This document shows, one piece after another, positions 8,418 to 18,110 of a stretch of DNA of 64,000 nt (positions are counted from its first letter, which is position 1; the number at the start of each line of letters is the position of its first letter). The stretch spans positions 560,685 through 624,684 of the forward strand of contig JBHLNF010000001.1 in the NCBI GenBank assembly GCA_048937405.1, written 5' to 3'. Below the pieces are notes generated by a model. It ran no database searches. It saw nothing but the letters and a program-made list of their open reading frames with translations, and was not told the DNA's origin. The position numbers and the translations under genes were made by a program. The stretch is from Promethearchaeota archaeon (lineage in GTDB: Archaea > Asgardarchaeota > Lokiarchaeia > Sigyniarchaeales > SOKP01).

Positions 8418-10925
8418 TTAATTAAGATAGGGACCTGTTTTGGACTTTTTATTCATTTTAATTTCAATTGGAGTTCCCTCTGCGATGACTTCTCCTCCTT
8501 TTGGTCCTCCATCAGGTCCTAATTCGATTATATAATCACAATATGAGAGGATCTCTGGATCATGCTCAATAATTAGAACAGTATTGCCCTCTTGAACTAA
8601 TTTTTCAAGTAAATCTATTAATTTAATTGTATCATAAAACGATAATCCAACAGTAGGTTCATCTAAAATGTAAAGAGATGACCCTTTTCTGATTTTCCCT
8701 AATTCTTTAGCCAATTTTACTCGTTGTGCTTCTCCTCCGCTAAGTGTTGGAGCAGGTTGTCCAAGTTCGATATAACCCATTCCAATCTCATCCAATATCT
8801 TAAGTACTTTTGAGATACCTTCTTGCGATTTAAACAACTGTGCTGCTTCATTAACAGTCATTTGAAGTACATCTGATATAGATTTTCCTTTATATTTAAC
8901 TTCTAAAATTTCAAGTCTGTATCTTAATCCCTTGCACTCCTTACATGGAATTTCAAAACTAGTAAGAAAAGATACTTGTAGGTCTTGTACACCCTGCCCT
9001 TTACAAGCGGGACAACGACCACGATCAGAATTATAAGAAAAATGTCCAGCGGTATACTTTCGTTTTTTAGCTTCACCAGTCTTTGCAAATAAGTTTCGAA
9101 CCTTATCCCATATTCCTATAAAGGAACAAGGGGTTGAAGTACGAACTCGTGATATGGGTTTTTGATTAACAACAACTACTCCATCAATATTTTCCCACCC
9201 TTCTACTTGTCCAGAATATTCTAATAAATCTCCGCCATTTTCTTCCTCTTCTTCACCATTTTCTCCCTTTTTATTAATCTTATTTTTTCCTTTTCTTCTA
9301 AAATATGGTCTCAATAAAGGAACTAATGTATCTAATATAAGAGAGCTTTTTCCAGACCCTGATACTCCAGCAATACCCACCATTACTCCTAAAGGAAATT
9401 TAATGGTCACATCTTTCAAATTGTTTGTGGTTGCATTCTTGAGTGTTAGATATTTCATATCACCTCCAATTTTCCTAACAATACTGGAATCTTTCTCAGG
9501 CAATGAAATAGTTTCAGCAAGAAATTGTCCTGTATATGATTCCTTAATCTTTTTAATTCCTTCAATTGTTCCTTGATAAACAATATTACCTCCATCAATA
9601 CCTGCACCCGGACCAATATCGATTATTTCATCTGCAATATCTATGAATCGTTTATCATGTTCAACAACAATAACAGTATTACCTAATTCCTTTAATTGTT
9701 GCAAAATATGAACTAAGGAATCTTTTTCTTTCTCATGCAAACTCATGCTGGGCTCATCTAAGATATAAACCAAGGAATCTAATCCTCCATCTAAATGAGA
9801 CATTAGTGAGAGCCTTTGTAATTCTCCTCCACTTAGTGTAGGTAGGGAACGATGTAAATGTAAGTAAGATAATCCAACATTGATCATTCGGTTCAAACCT
9901 TGTTTAACATTTTCAAGCATAAATCTTCCTTGTGGACTTCTAATATCTTCATCTGTTAAATTATCAATGAAATATTTGAGTTCATCAATTGTCATTGTTG
10001 CAAGTTCCCCTATATGTCTATCCGCAATTTTTATTTCCCTTGCTTCTTCATTAATACGAAATCCTTGGCATTCATCACACTTCTTCTTAGACATATATTC
10101 TTTAGTAATTTTATTCTTTCTATATGCACTCTTACCTTCTGTCATCGCACGTTTCATATGGGGGATTATCCCTTCAAATACTCTTTCTAATTCTCCTTGA
10201 AATGTTTTTGATTCCCACGAAAACTTAAACTTCTTACCTTTACTCCCATAAATATATAGGTCTTTAATTTCTTGTGGCAAATCCTTATAAGGAGTCTTAA
10301 TGTTAAAATCAAAGAAATTTGGAAGTTGTTCAACAAATCTTATTTGATCAGCAAAGCATCCTGATCCAGCTTTAGTAATTTGTAGTAAATTTCTATTATA
10401 ATCTTGAACAATCATTTGTTCTGTAAAATGCATCTCATATCCTCGACCTTTACATGCTAAACACATCCCAGAAGGTTCATTAAACGAAAAATGCTTAATT
10501 TGCTTACGTTCTACCACCATCCCACATAAATCACATTCCAGAGTTGATTGATTTACTGGATCTTTGCAGATTGGACAGATTAGGATTCCTTCTGTAGCAT
10601 ATAACATTCGGATTAGACCATATATCCCAGTTTTAGTACCAACTGTAGATCGTGGGTTAAATACTCTTGTAGTCCTCTGCTCAACCGCCACAGTTGGGCT
10701 TAAGCCTTCAATCATATCAAAAGGTTTTTCATCTTCAAACTTGGGAGGAAATCCAATGGACTGGAGATACCGATTCATTCCCTCATCAAATATTATATCG
10801 AATGCTAAGCTAGACTTTCCTGAGCCAGATACTCCTGTAATAAGGATCATCTTTCCCTTAGGAATATCTACATCTATATCCTTTAAATTATGTATTCTTG
10901 CTCCTCTTACTTTTATAACATCCAT
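8418..10925 (-). CDS. UvrA-family ATPase lacking the UvrB-binding domain (class II-like)
   Basis: Two GVSGSGKS, two LSGGE; first zinc module CPIC...CDLC has only about 10 residues between the pairs. Confidence 0.9.
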   Translation of the reverse strand: MDVIKVRGARIHNLKDIDVDIPKGKMILITGVSGSGKSSLAFDIIFDEGMNRYLQSIGFPPKFEDEKPFDMIEGLSPTVAVEQRTTRVFNPRSTVGTKTGIYGLIRMLYATEGILICPICKDPVNQSTLECDLCGMVVERKQIKHFSFNEPSGMCLACKGRGYEMHFTEQMIVQDYNRNLLQITKAGSGCFADQIRFVEQLPNFFDFNIKTPYKDLPQEIKDLYIYGSKGKKFKFSWESKTFQGELERVFEGIIPHMKRAMTEGKSAYRKNKITKEYMSKKKCDECQGFRINEEAREIKIADRHIGELATMTIDELKYFIDNLTDEDIRSPQGRFMLENVKQGLNRMINVGLSYLHLHRSLPTLSGGELQRLSLMSHLDGGLDSLVYILDEPSMSLHEKEKDSLVHILQQLKELGNTVIVVEHDKRFIDIADEIIDIGPGAGIDGGNIVYQGTIEGIKKIKESYTGQFLAETISLPEKDSSIVRKIGGDMKYLTLKNATTNNLKDVTIKFPLGVMVGIAGVSGSGKSSLILDTLVPLLRPYFRRKGKNKINKKGENGEEEEENGGDLLEYSGQVEGWENIDGVVVVNQKPISRVRTSTPCSFIGIWDKVRNLFAKTGEAKKRKYTAGHFSYNSDRGRCPACKGQGVQDLQVSFLTSFEIPCKECKGLRYRLEILEVKYKGKSISDVLQMTVNEAAQLFKSQEGISKVLKILDEIGMGYIELGQPAPTLSGGEAQRVKLAKELGKIRKGSSLYILDEPTVGLSFYDTIKLIDLLEKLVQEGNTVLIIEHDPEILSYCDYIIELGPDGGPKGGEVIAEGTPIEIKMNKKSKTGPYLN

Positions 10926-10941
10926 TATATAACTCCTATTT

Positions 10942-11613
10942 TCATTTTATTTTTTGCAATACATAAGTTGTACAATCAAAACCGCTTGGATTTTTTTTTA
11001 CCATTTCTATTTCTCTTAAATGTCGTCTTATCTCTTCAATCTCATCAATTTTATTATATTTTTCACGTAAAATATTAATTTTTTTTTCTAAGGGAGCATA
11101 ATATTCCTTCCACCAACACTCATCTTCCCAAGGTATTTGTTTCACTATTTTAAAACCGTATTTTGGATACTGCTTTATCTTCTTATCTACCCAATTATTA
11201 ACCTCCCCAGTAATCATATAACCATTTCCTTTTAGAATTCTAATACATTCAGTCATAACTTTCTTGAAATCAAGAAGATGTATTACTCCTTCCTCCCAGA
11301 GAATATCAAATGTCTCATCTGCGAATTGAGTATCATATGCAGATCGATTAAATATTTTTACTCTATTTTTAAGTCCTTTTTCCTTAATCTTTTGATTTAA
11401 TTTATCTAAGGCATCCTGATTGACATCAATCCCGATTATTTCTCCATTGCTTAGCTCGGCTAGCTCTAAGGTGGGCATACCTGTTCCACATCCAATATCA
11501 AGGATATGAGGTTTATCCATCTCAGGAATACTTTTAAATGCTTCTCTCGTATATTTAAGAAACACTGAACGAAAACCTTCAACATCTAAATCATTCAATA
11601 TTTCTTCAGACAT
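10942..11613 (-). CDS. Class I SAM-dependent methyltransferase
   Basis: ILDIGCGTG motif I; FDILWEEG. Confidence 0.92.
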   Translation of the reverse strand: MSEEILNDLDVEGFRSVFLKYTREAFKSIPEMDKPHILDIGCGTGMPTLELAELSNGEIIGIDVNQDALDKLNQKIKEKGLKNRVKIFNRSAYDTQFADETFDILWEEGVIHLLDFKKVMTECIRILKGNGYMITGEVNNWVDKKIKQYPKYGFKIVKQIPWEDECWWKEYYAPLEKKINILREKYNKIDEIEEIRRHLREIEMVKKNPSGFDCTTYVLQKIK

Positions 11614-11631
11614 TTATATTCACCTTTTCTT

Positions 11632-12798
11632 TTAAATTGCATTTTTTATAATTTCCCAAGCGTTTGTTTCTAAATCACACCATTCCTGAATACCTTTATT
11701 TATCTCAGGAATACGTTGTCTCCATGAATTAGTTTCCTTCAGAGCACCTTTTAAAGCTATTTCAGCTTCTTCATCAATCTTTACTAATTGTTTTTGATAG
11801 TCTTTTTCACCTTTTTCGGTAATATCCCCACTCTTTAGATATAATTCTCTCAATTTTGCTATATTAGGTAAATCATCTGGTAGTATTTGATGCTCTACTT
11901 CTCTCAATTTAATTATTATATTATCATAAACATCAGCAGCTTTTAGGAGACCATCATTATTTAGGAGTTCTCCCGCCTCTTTCAAGAAATCTCGATATAA
12001 TATGCGGAACATAGCACCTCCAGTACCACCAGTCTCCATATAAATAAACACACTGACTAAGCCATATAATAGATCATTATCATTAAAGCCGGCCCACGTA
12101 GGGAGCATTTCACGCCATTTCTGAAATCCTTTCAACCCCATATTACGTATAGGGGGATTAAACATAAAATTTGCATTTGCTTTAATTGATGCTGGAATGC
12201 TTTTTTTAATATCCTTCACTTTTTTTGGCAGTATTATTTCAACTAACTTGTTTTTCGCAGGAAATGGTGCATACTTGCTTGCTCTAGCAGTTTTAAGTTG
12301 AGAATATGTCATTATATGCGGATTAGCATATCTATCCGATATATATGCTTCATCTTTATCTTCATCTATCCCATATATTACAAAAGTATGGGCTCCAAAG
12401 TGCCCTGAACCTTCATTTGGTATGGGTGTTCCCTCTGCAAAGAAGAAAGGTAAGTATGCAAAATCAACAAACGTTATAGTTGGCTGTCCCTTTTGTAATA
12501 TACTTACCAAATTATTGTGTGCTGAATTTATAGAGGCAGTTTCTGTTATTTTCACATTCCCTCCTAAAAGAGGTAGCATCCTTTCAAAAATTTCAGTATT
12601 TTTTACACTCATTCCTAACACCATTGGAAAGGGCATATTTTTCATATAGAAATAAAAAAAACCCAGTCCTGAACACAAACCTAAAATCATTGGTTCAGAA
12701 ATGTCTATATTATAATATGCAAGCACTTTCCTTAAACTCGATAGCTGACAATTTGCACCAGCCATATGTTTAAAATCGTCTATTACTATTCTAACCAT
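11632..12798 (-). CDS. BtrH N-terminal / DUF4872-type protein (Cys-His papain-like fold)
   Basis: GANCQLSSL, SEPMILGL, VDFAYLP, HFGAHTFVIYG, GTGGAMFR. Confidence 0.75.
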   Translation of the reverse strand: MVRIVIDDFKHMAGANCQLSSLRKVLAYYNIDISEPMILGLCSGLGFFYFYMKNMPFPMVLGMSVKNTEIFERMLPLLGGNVKITETASINSAHNNLVSILQKGQPTITFVDFAYLPFFFAEGTPIPNEGSGHFGAHTFVIYGIDEDKDEAYISDRYANPHIMTYSQLKTARASKYAPFPAKNKLVEIILPKKVKDIKKSIPASIKANANFMFNPPIRNMGLKGFQKWREMLPTWAGFNDNDLLYGLVSVFIYMETGGTGGAMFRILYRDFLKEAGELLNNDGLLKAADVYDNIIIKLREVEHQILPDDLPNIAKLRELYLKSGDITEKGEKDYQKQLVKIDEEAEIALKGALKETNSWRQRIPEINKGIQEWCDLETNAWEIIKNAI

Positions 12799-12808
12799 TT
12801 TTTTACAC

Positions 12809-13945
12809 CTAATTTTTAATTTTTGATAATTTCTTGAAAGCTTGTTCTTCTTTTTTAGTAATATTTTTTGCTATATTATGCAGTTCAACAAAATCTACAT
12901 GATTTAAACAATTATACTTATGTTGATCACAAGCATTCTTCAAAGTTTGTGCAATAAAAGTCCAGTCTTGTGCTGATTCATTAATAATCGGAATGCATTC
13001 TTTAAGAATACCGAACTCATCGGAGTTCCATGCTCTTCGACCTTCTTTAAGCTCAGGATAAGAAAGTAATTCTTCTAGGAAATCTTTATATAGCTTGCGA
13101 AAAGACCCACCTCCTGTCCCCCATGTCTCTATGTAGCCAAAAGTAAGTTCAAACATTAAATGCGCTAAAGAGATTTCTTCCCCTTTTGAATTTGTTATGT
13201 TTTTATTTAGCTTATCTTTCCAAGTGGGTATAGAATTTGCAAATTGCTTTAATCCTTGGATACCATTATTATTACTGGAAGGTCTTAACATATTTGTTAC
13301 TACTTTTTGAATCGCTAGTTTTACTCCCGCTGATAAAGGTGGGTATTTACCATCGGGACGAGGGGTCATAAAAAACTGAGTATTTTTTGGATGTAAAAAC
13401 TTAGGTCCATACATAGAACTCCTTGCTCTTTTTAAAATATCTATAGAGACTTCTTGAAATCCTTCAAATTCAGTGTCTCCTATATACGCTATTCCCTTCT
13501 CCTCATTATATCCCCCTAGTGTTACTGTATGTCCTCCAAAATGAGCTACATCTAGTTCTTCATCAAATCCTTCATAAGGCATATAAGCAATATCTACTCT
13601 CAAAATAAGAGGAATATCTTGATCTAATATTCTTTTTGATTCCTGCCATGCTTTATCTGGATTTGTAAAAGATTGTTTTCTAAGTGTGATGCCCAACAAT
13701 CGACAAGCAAGACTATTTGGTTCAATTGTACCTTGCTTTCCTCCCAAGAAAAAAGGTATCTCAGATTCAGGAATAAAAGATGCTTGACTGGTTGTATCGA
13801 AAAATCCAAAACCCATAGTCCCATCTAACCCAAATGCCATGGGTTCAGACATTGGAAATCTGTAATATTCAAAAAGATCTCTCATTGAACTAGACTCACA
13901 GTGATAACCAATTCTATGGACTAAATTTTTTACCCTATGTGCCAT
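12809..13945 (-). CDS. BtrH N-terminal / DUF4872-type protein, paralog
   Basis: GYHCESSSM, SEPMAFGL, VDIAYMP, HFGGHTVTLGG, GTGGGSFR. Confidence 0.75.
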   Translation of the reverse strand: MAHRVKNLVHRIGYHCESSSMRDLFEYYRFPMSEPMAFGLDGTMGFGFFDTTSQASFIPESEIPFFLGGKQGTIEPNSLACRLLGITLRKQSFTNPDKAWQESKRILDQDIPLILRVDIAYMPYEGFDEELDVAHFGGHTVTLGGYNEEKGIAYIGDTEFEGFQEVSIDILKRARSSMYGPKFLHPKNTQFFMTPRPDGKYPPLSAGVKLAIQKVVTNMLRPSSNNNGIQGLKQFANSIPTWKDKLNKNITNSKGEEISLAHLMFELTFGYIETWGTGGGSFRKLYKDFLEELLSYPELKEGRRAWNSDEFGILKECIPIINESAQDWTFIAQTLKNACDQHKYNCLNHVDFVELHNIAKNITKKEEQAFKKLSKIKN

Positions 13946-14570
13946 TTCTTATTTCCTCATTAGAATTATAATCATCAGGTCCAATTTGACCTCCAATTTT
14001 TTTAATATCCTCTAAGACCATCTTGAAGAATTTTTCATCAGTTTTTAAGACTTCAATTGGGTGAATAAAAAGACCAGTTACATTAATAGGCATTCCTGCA
14101 TAACTTCTTATCATGTCATCTAACATTTTTTCTAATTCCTTTCTATTTTTCTTAACAATTTTTAATGAATTGGAAAATACCTTAACTTGCTCCTCAAGAA
14201 TAAGAATCGGAAACATAGAAAATGCAACATAAAAATCTTCATCATTCTTACCCATGTAATTATATAAAACATTGTACACTTTTTTTTTTAAAATATCATA
14301 ACCATAGTTTGTGATTTGATATATTTTTCTGGTTCTTCCATCAATTTTTTCTTCATAGCTTTGGACTAAATCATCGTTCTCTAGGCGATCTAATGTTCGG
14401 TATATAGTAGACAATGAAAAACCTACTCCTATATTTGTCCAATCTCGCATTCCTCTTTCTTCAATTCTCTTATTAATATCATATACATGGCATCCACCCT
14501 CGTACATCTTTTCATTTACTAAGCCTAATAAGACAAATGCTTGATGTTTTAATTCATAATTTTCTCCCAA
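13935..14570 (-). CDS. PadR family transcriptional regulator
   Basis: HVYDINKRIEERGMRDW, STIYRTLDRLE, RKIYQIT; overlaps the next gene by 11 nt. Confidence 0.88.
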   Translation of the reverse strand: MGENYELKHQAFVLLGLVNEKMYEGGCHVYDINKRIEERGMRDWTNIGVGFSLSTIYRTLDRLENDDLVQSYEEKIDGRTRKIYQITNYGYDILKKKVYNVLYNYMGKNDEDFYVAFSMFPILILEEQVKVFSNSLKIVKKNRKELEKMLDDMIRSYAGMPINVTGLFIHPIEVLKTDEKFFKMVLEDIKKIGGQIGPDDYNSNEEIRNGT

Positions 14571-14956
14571 TTTACTTCACCATTAAAGACTGATCAAATT
14601 CTTCGTAATTTCTATCTTAGGTCTTCAAGACTTTTTATTCATTTATATTTGCATTTTATTAATTTTGAAAATATTCTATATATGCAAAATATGAATAATG
14701 AATATATAAATATTTGCAAAAAGTGAAATATGACAATATTCATCATTAAAATTATCTATTATATATCAATTTATTTTAATATTGAAGTCGTCATATTAAT
14801 CCAAGTAAAATTCAATTTTAACTAAAAGAAAAAAGCAGGAGATCAAAAATCAAGGAAAGTGAAGAATTAGAGCTTTTAATTAGAAGATTTTATGAAGAAA
14901 ATCCTTTAGATGTTGAAATTTATAAAAATGAACATAGAAAAAGAACAAGATCTTAT

Positions 14957-15469
14957 ATGAAAGGTGATCTGATTATTTCAATTATCTTCATAACAATTTT
15001 CCTAATTTTACACTTTACAATTAGAACAAAAACTCTAAATATTATTACTATAGAAATTTTCTTAGCAATTTTTGGTGTTTTAGGACTTGTGTTTCGTTTC
15101 TTGCTTTCCTTCAGATTAAGAGAGGATTATGATATGGGAAAATGGGTTTTAAAGGAGATAAAGGGGGCTTGTAAGGGATGCAAAATCAATAAGAATTCTT
15201 TCATTCCTAATAAGCGTGTCACCCCAAAACGAGAGAGAGAACCAATAGCTTGGAGAGAAGTAGAATCCATTGATATTCAAATCTTGTATCAACCTCCTTC
15301 CTCTGATGAGGTGTCTGGTCATTATAATCATTATTTAAAAGTTAATTTAAAGGATGGAAGGACCCCAAAACTTATCTTGATTACATTCAGTTTATCAGAT
15401 AAAGGTAACAATAATTTTGTTATTCTAATGAAAAAATTTTGCGAATTTTTAATCGAAATCAATCAATAA
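14957..15469 (+). CDS. Hypothetical membrane protein, possibly degraded
   Basis: Two N-terminal hydrophobic segments; frame stays open upstream to 14822 without a start codon. Confidence 0.45.
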   Translation: MKGDLIISIIFITIFLILHFTIRTKTLNIITIEIFLAIFGVLGLVFRFLLSFRLREDYDMGKWVLKEIKGACKGCKINKNSFIPNKRVTPKREREPIAWREVESIDIQILYQPPSSDEVSGHYNHYLKVNLKDGRTPKLILITFSLSDKGNNNFVILMKKFCEFLIEINQ

Positions 15470-15595
15470 TTTAATTTTTTTTAAAGATGAAGTTGCGAAG
15501 GATTTATTTATTTTCTCAGAGATCCAATTAAGAAATTTTTAAAATAAAATAATTTTCAAATTCATTAAAATTTTAAATTTTCTTTAGATATCTGG

Positions 15596-16024
15596 TTAAC
15601 CTTCTTTCCAATCTCCTAAAAGTTTTCTTGTAGTAACGATTTGTCCCAAATGATAAGATGTATGCTGAAGAAAAACAAGAAATAATCTAAAATAAGATAT
15701 ATCAGGAGTATTTTCTGGTCCAATTTTAATTCTATTCATAAAATCAATTTTCTCAAGCTTTTTGGCAGCTAATTCAAGTTTATTCTTAAATATATTAACA
15801 AGCTCTATGAAATTGTCATCTTCAATCAACTTTTCATCAGTGGGCCAATTTTCTTCATTACTAATTTTAGTCCAATCTATAACTTTCCCGTCGAGGTTCT
15901 GTAATAAAATATCTTGCCAAAAAACAGTATGATGTAATAAATCCCAACAGGAGTGATATTTATTTGAAGGTCGTTTTCTTGCAGTTTCTGGGGTTAGTCC
16001 TTCAATAGCTTTCATTGGTTCCAA
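15596..16024 (-). CDS. DinB family protein (5' end may be frameshifted)
   Basis: HSCWDLLHH...WQD and HTSYHLGQI motifs. Confidence 0.85.
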   Translation of the reverse strand: MEPMKAIEGLTPETARKRPSNKYHSCWDLLHHTVFWQDILLQNLDGKVIDWTKISNEENWPTDEKLIEDDNFIELVNIFKNKLELAAKKLEKIDFMNRIKIGPENTPDISYFRLFLVFLQHTSYHLGQIVTTRKLLGDWKEG

Positions 16025-16240
16025 GTGAGTTAAAAATCCATTAATACCACTAGTTAGATCTTTTTAAACTGTTCACTCAAAAAATCATCATATTCCTTTA
16101 ATTATTCAATATTTGTTTTATTTCTCAATTATATAATATGTTTAAAAATAAAAAATCCTGTTTATTTAGGATCTTTTTGTGGGTAAAAATTTTCGAATTA
16201 ATTAAAATTTTAAATTTGTAGTGACATTATACAATCGATT

Positions 16241-17056
16241 ATGCAAAAATCTCTCGAACAACGTGTAGAGATTATATTTCAAGACAATGTAAAAAATATT
16301 GAATTACTTAGTTATTTTAAGAGATCTACAAAAAAGACTCCAGTTTTTTTGGGGGATATTAATAGAAAATATACTGAAATTCGACCTCTATTAGATAGAG
16401 GATTAATAATTGATCAGAAAGCTGTAAAAACTTATATTTTTTATCTTGACAAATTTGAGAATTATTTTTATGAGCAATATCAAGAAAAGATAGATATTCT
16501 AAAAGTTGAGATTTGGAGTAGGAAAAGAAAGAAAAATGAGCTTATTGAACTCACAGAAAACATAACACCAGAAGAAGGATGTGATGATTATGAAGAAAAG
16601 CTACGTGCTTGCATTGATTTTGCCAAAAAATCGATTGAAAAATTAGATATTATGGAGATTGAAAAAGAAGATTATAATAATATAGTTGGAGAATTACAAG
16701 TAAAAAAGCAAAGTGATCCCCTTCATAATTTTCTGATGTATATTCGAAATGATAAGGAAATTATTTTTAATAAGAGAACTGAAGATGATGATGGACTCAT
16801 TCATAAAAAAATACTTAATTATTTAAATAAAAGTACTAATGGGAAAGGATGGCAATTTTTCACCGAACTAAAAAAAAAAGGTTTTTTTAAAGAATTTTCA
16901 CCTGCTAAAACCTATTTCATAACTGAGCTTGGTTTGATGGTTGATAGAAAGTTAAAAGAAATGATGTGGAAACAAGAAGAAAATTTTGAAAAAACTGAAA
17001 TGGAAAAAGCTCAAGAAGAAGAATTTAATAAACTAAAAGATTTATGGGGTTTATAA
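16241..17056 (+). CDS. Hypothetical protein
   Basis: 271-aa ORF with genome-typical composition; possible C-terminal winged helix (LKKKGFF...TYFITELG). Confidence 0.7.
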   Translation: MQKSLEQRVEIIFQDNVKNIELLSYFKRSTKKTPVFLGDINRKYTEIRPLLDRGLIIDQKAVKTYIFYLDKFENYFYEQYQEKIDILKVEIWSRKRKKNELIELTENITPEEGCDDYEEKLRACIDFAKKSIEKLDIMEIEKEDYNNIVGELQVKKQSDPLHNFLMYIRNDKEIIFNKRTEDDDGLIHKKILNYLNKSTNGKGWQFFTELKKKGFFKEFSPAKTYFITELGLMVDRKLKEMMWKQEENFEKTEMEKAQEEEFNKLKDLWGL

Positions 17057-17287
17057 GAATCCAGAGATAAGATCTCAGATAAGAAAGATTCTTTTTCAAG
17101 GTTTTTTGCTTTTTTTATGGTTTCTGAGAATGATTATAATTTCCCAATCAGAATAAATTTTAGTAATAACTATTTACTTATAAATAATGCGGACCCGAAT
17201 AATACGGAACCTTTTTATATGATAGTTAATAATCTATACTTGCATAATTATTTTTAAATCTATAATTTAAAATTTATGGAGTGTGAA

Positions 17288-17737
17288 ATGAAGAATATAA
17301 ATGAGAAGGATAAAATAATGTCTTGTTTAATGGAAGGGTTCAACTGATCTCAAGCGATATTTTCAACATATGCTATTAGATTTGGTATAAATCGTGAACT
17401 AGCATTAAAAATTTCTGGAGGTTTCGGAGGTGGCATGGCAGGTTTAGGTAATACTTGTGGGGCTATTACCGGTGCTTTTATGATCTTAGGACTTAAGTAT
17501 GGTAATGAAAAAATTGGAGGAGAAGAGCCAAATAAAAAGCTTTTTACTATGATTAGAGAATTTGTCTCGCGATTCGAATTAACTTATAATACCATTAAAT
17601 GTAGAGACTTAATTGGTTATGATATTAGCACACCTGAAGGAAGACAACTTGCTAAAGACAAGAATATTTTCAATACTATATGTCCAAAAGTAATTTTAAA
17701 TTCTGCTGCTATTCTTGAAGAGATGTTATCTAAATAA
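17288..17737 (+). CDS. C-GCAxxG-C-C family redox protein, predicted selenoprotein (Sec20), 149 aa
   Basis: ATG 17288 preceded by GGAGTG; MKNINEKDKIMSCLMEGFN-U-SQAIF...GGFGGGMAGLGNTCGAITGA...IKCRDL...IC. In-frame TGA at 17345-17347 occupies the family's first conserved Cys (G[FY]NC[AS]Q). The ORF track only shows the part after 17435. Confidence 0.88.
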
Positions 17738-17826
17738 TTTTTAAAAAAAGATATAAGAATAAAGAAAAACTGTAGTTTTAAAATTCAAAAAAAGGAATAT
17801 ATAACAATAGAGGCGTTATCATATAT

Positions 17827-18078
17827 ATGGATAATCGAACCACAGCATTGATAGGTATTGGAGCTACAGTCATTACGCAATGCCAGCCCTGATTTGAGAC
17901 TATGTTCAATTTTGCTCAAAAAAGCGGTGTTAATGAACAAGAAATATTAGACGCAATTAAATTAGCAAAAAAAGCAAGAAAACACGCAATTTCGAGGATG
18001 GATAAATTTATTTCAACATTTTTAGAGTCAAATGAAGGATCTGTGAAGAATTCCGGAAAAAGTGGATGTTGTAGTTAA
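17827..18078 (+). CDS. AhpD/carboxymuconolactone decarboxylase family protein, predicted selenoprotein (CxxU, Sec22), 83 aa
   Basis: MDNRTTALIGIGATVITQCQP-U-FETMFNFAQKSGVNEQEILDAIKLAKKARKHAISRMDKF...SGCCS*; TGA at 17890-17892 replaces the second Cys of CQPC and the frame continues 61 more codons in family-like sequence. Missing from the ORF track. Confidence 0.85.
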
Positions 18079-18110
18079 ACTTTGGAAATATTATGCCATT
18101 AAAAAAATAA

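Noticed and set aside
3530-10925. Calling these the canonical nucleotide-excision-repair uvrA
   Set aside because: Atypical domain content and no uvrB/uvrC nearby; gene symbol withheld.
16055-16070. Programmed -1 frameshift in the DinB gene at TTT AAA AAG
   Set aside because: Not a canonical in-frame X XXY YYZ heptamer and no clear stimulatory structure; mutation or homopolymer error is simpler.
17345-17892. Reading the two in-frame TGAs as nonsense mutations in pseudogenes
   Set aside because: Both fall on conserved redox Cys positions, neither gene has other lesions, and a SECIS-like hairpin follows.
17288-18078. Genome-wide UGA reassignment (Trp or Gly)
   Set aside because: TGA terminates ordinary genes here (e.g. 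the double UvrA, the methyltransferase, the response regulator) and long ORFs use TGG for Trp.
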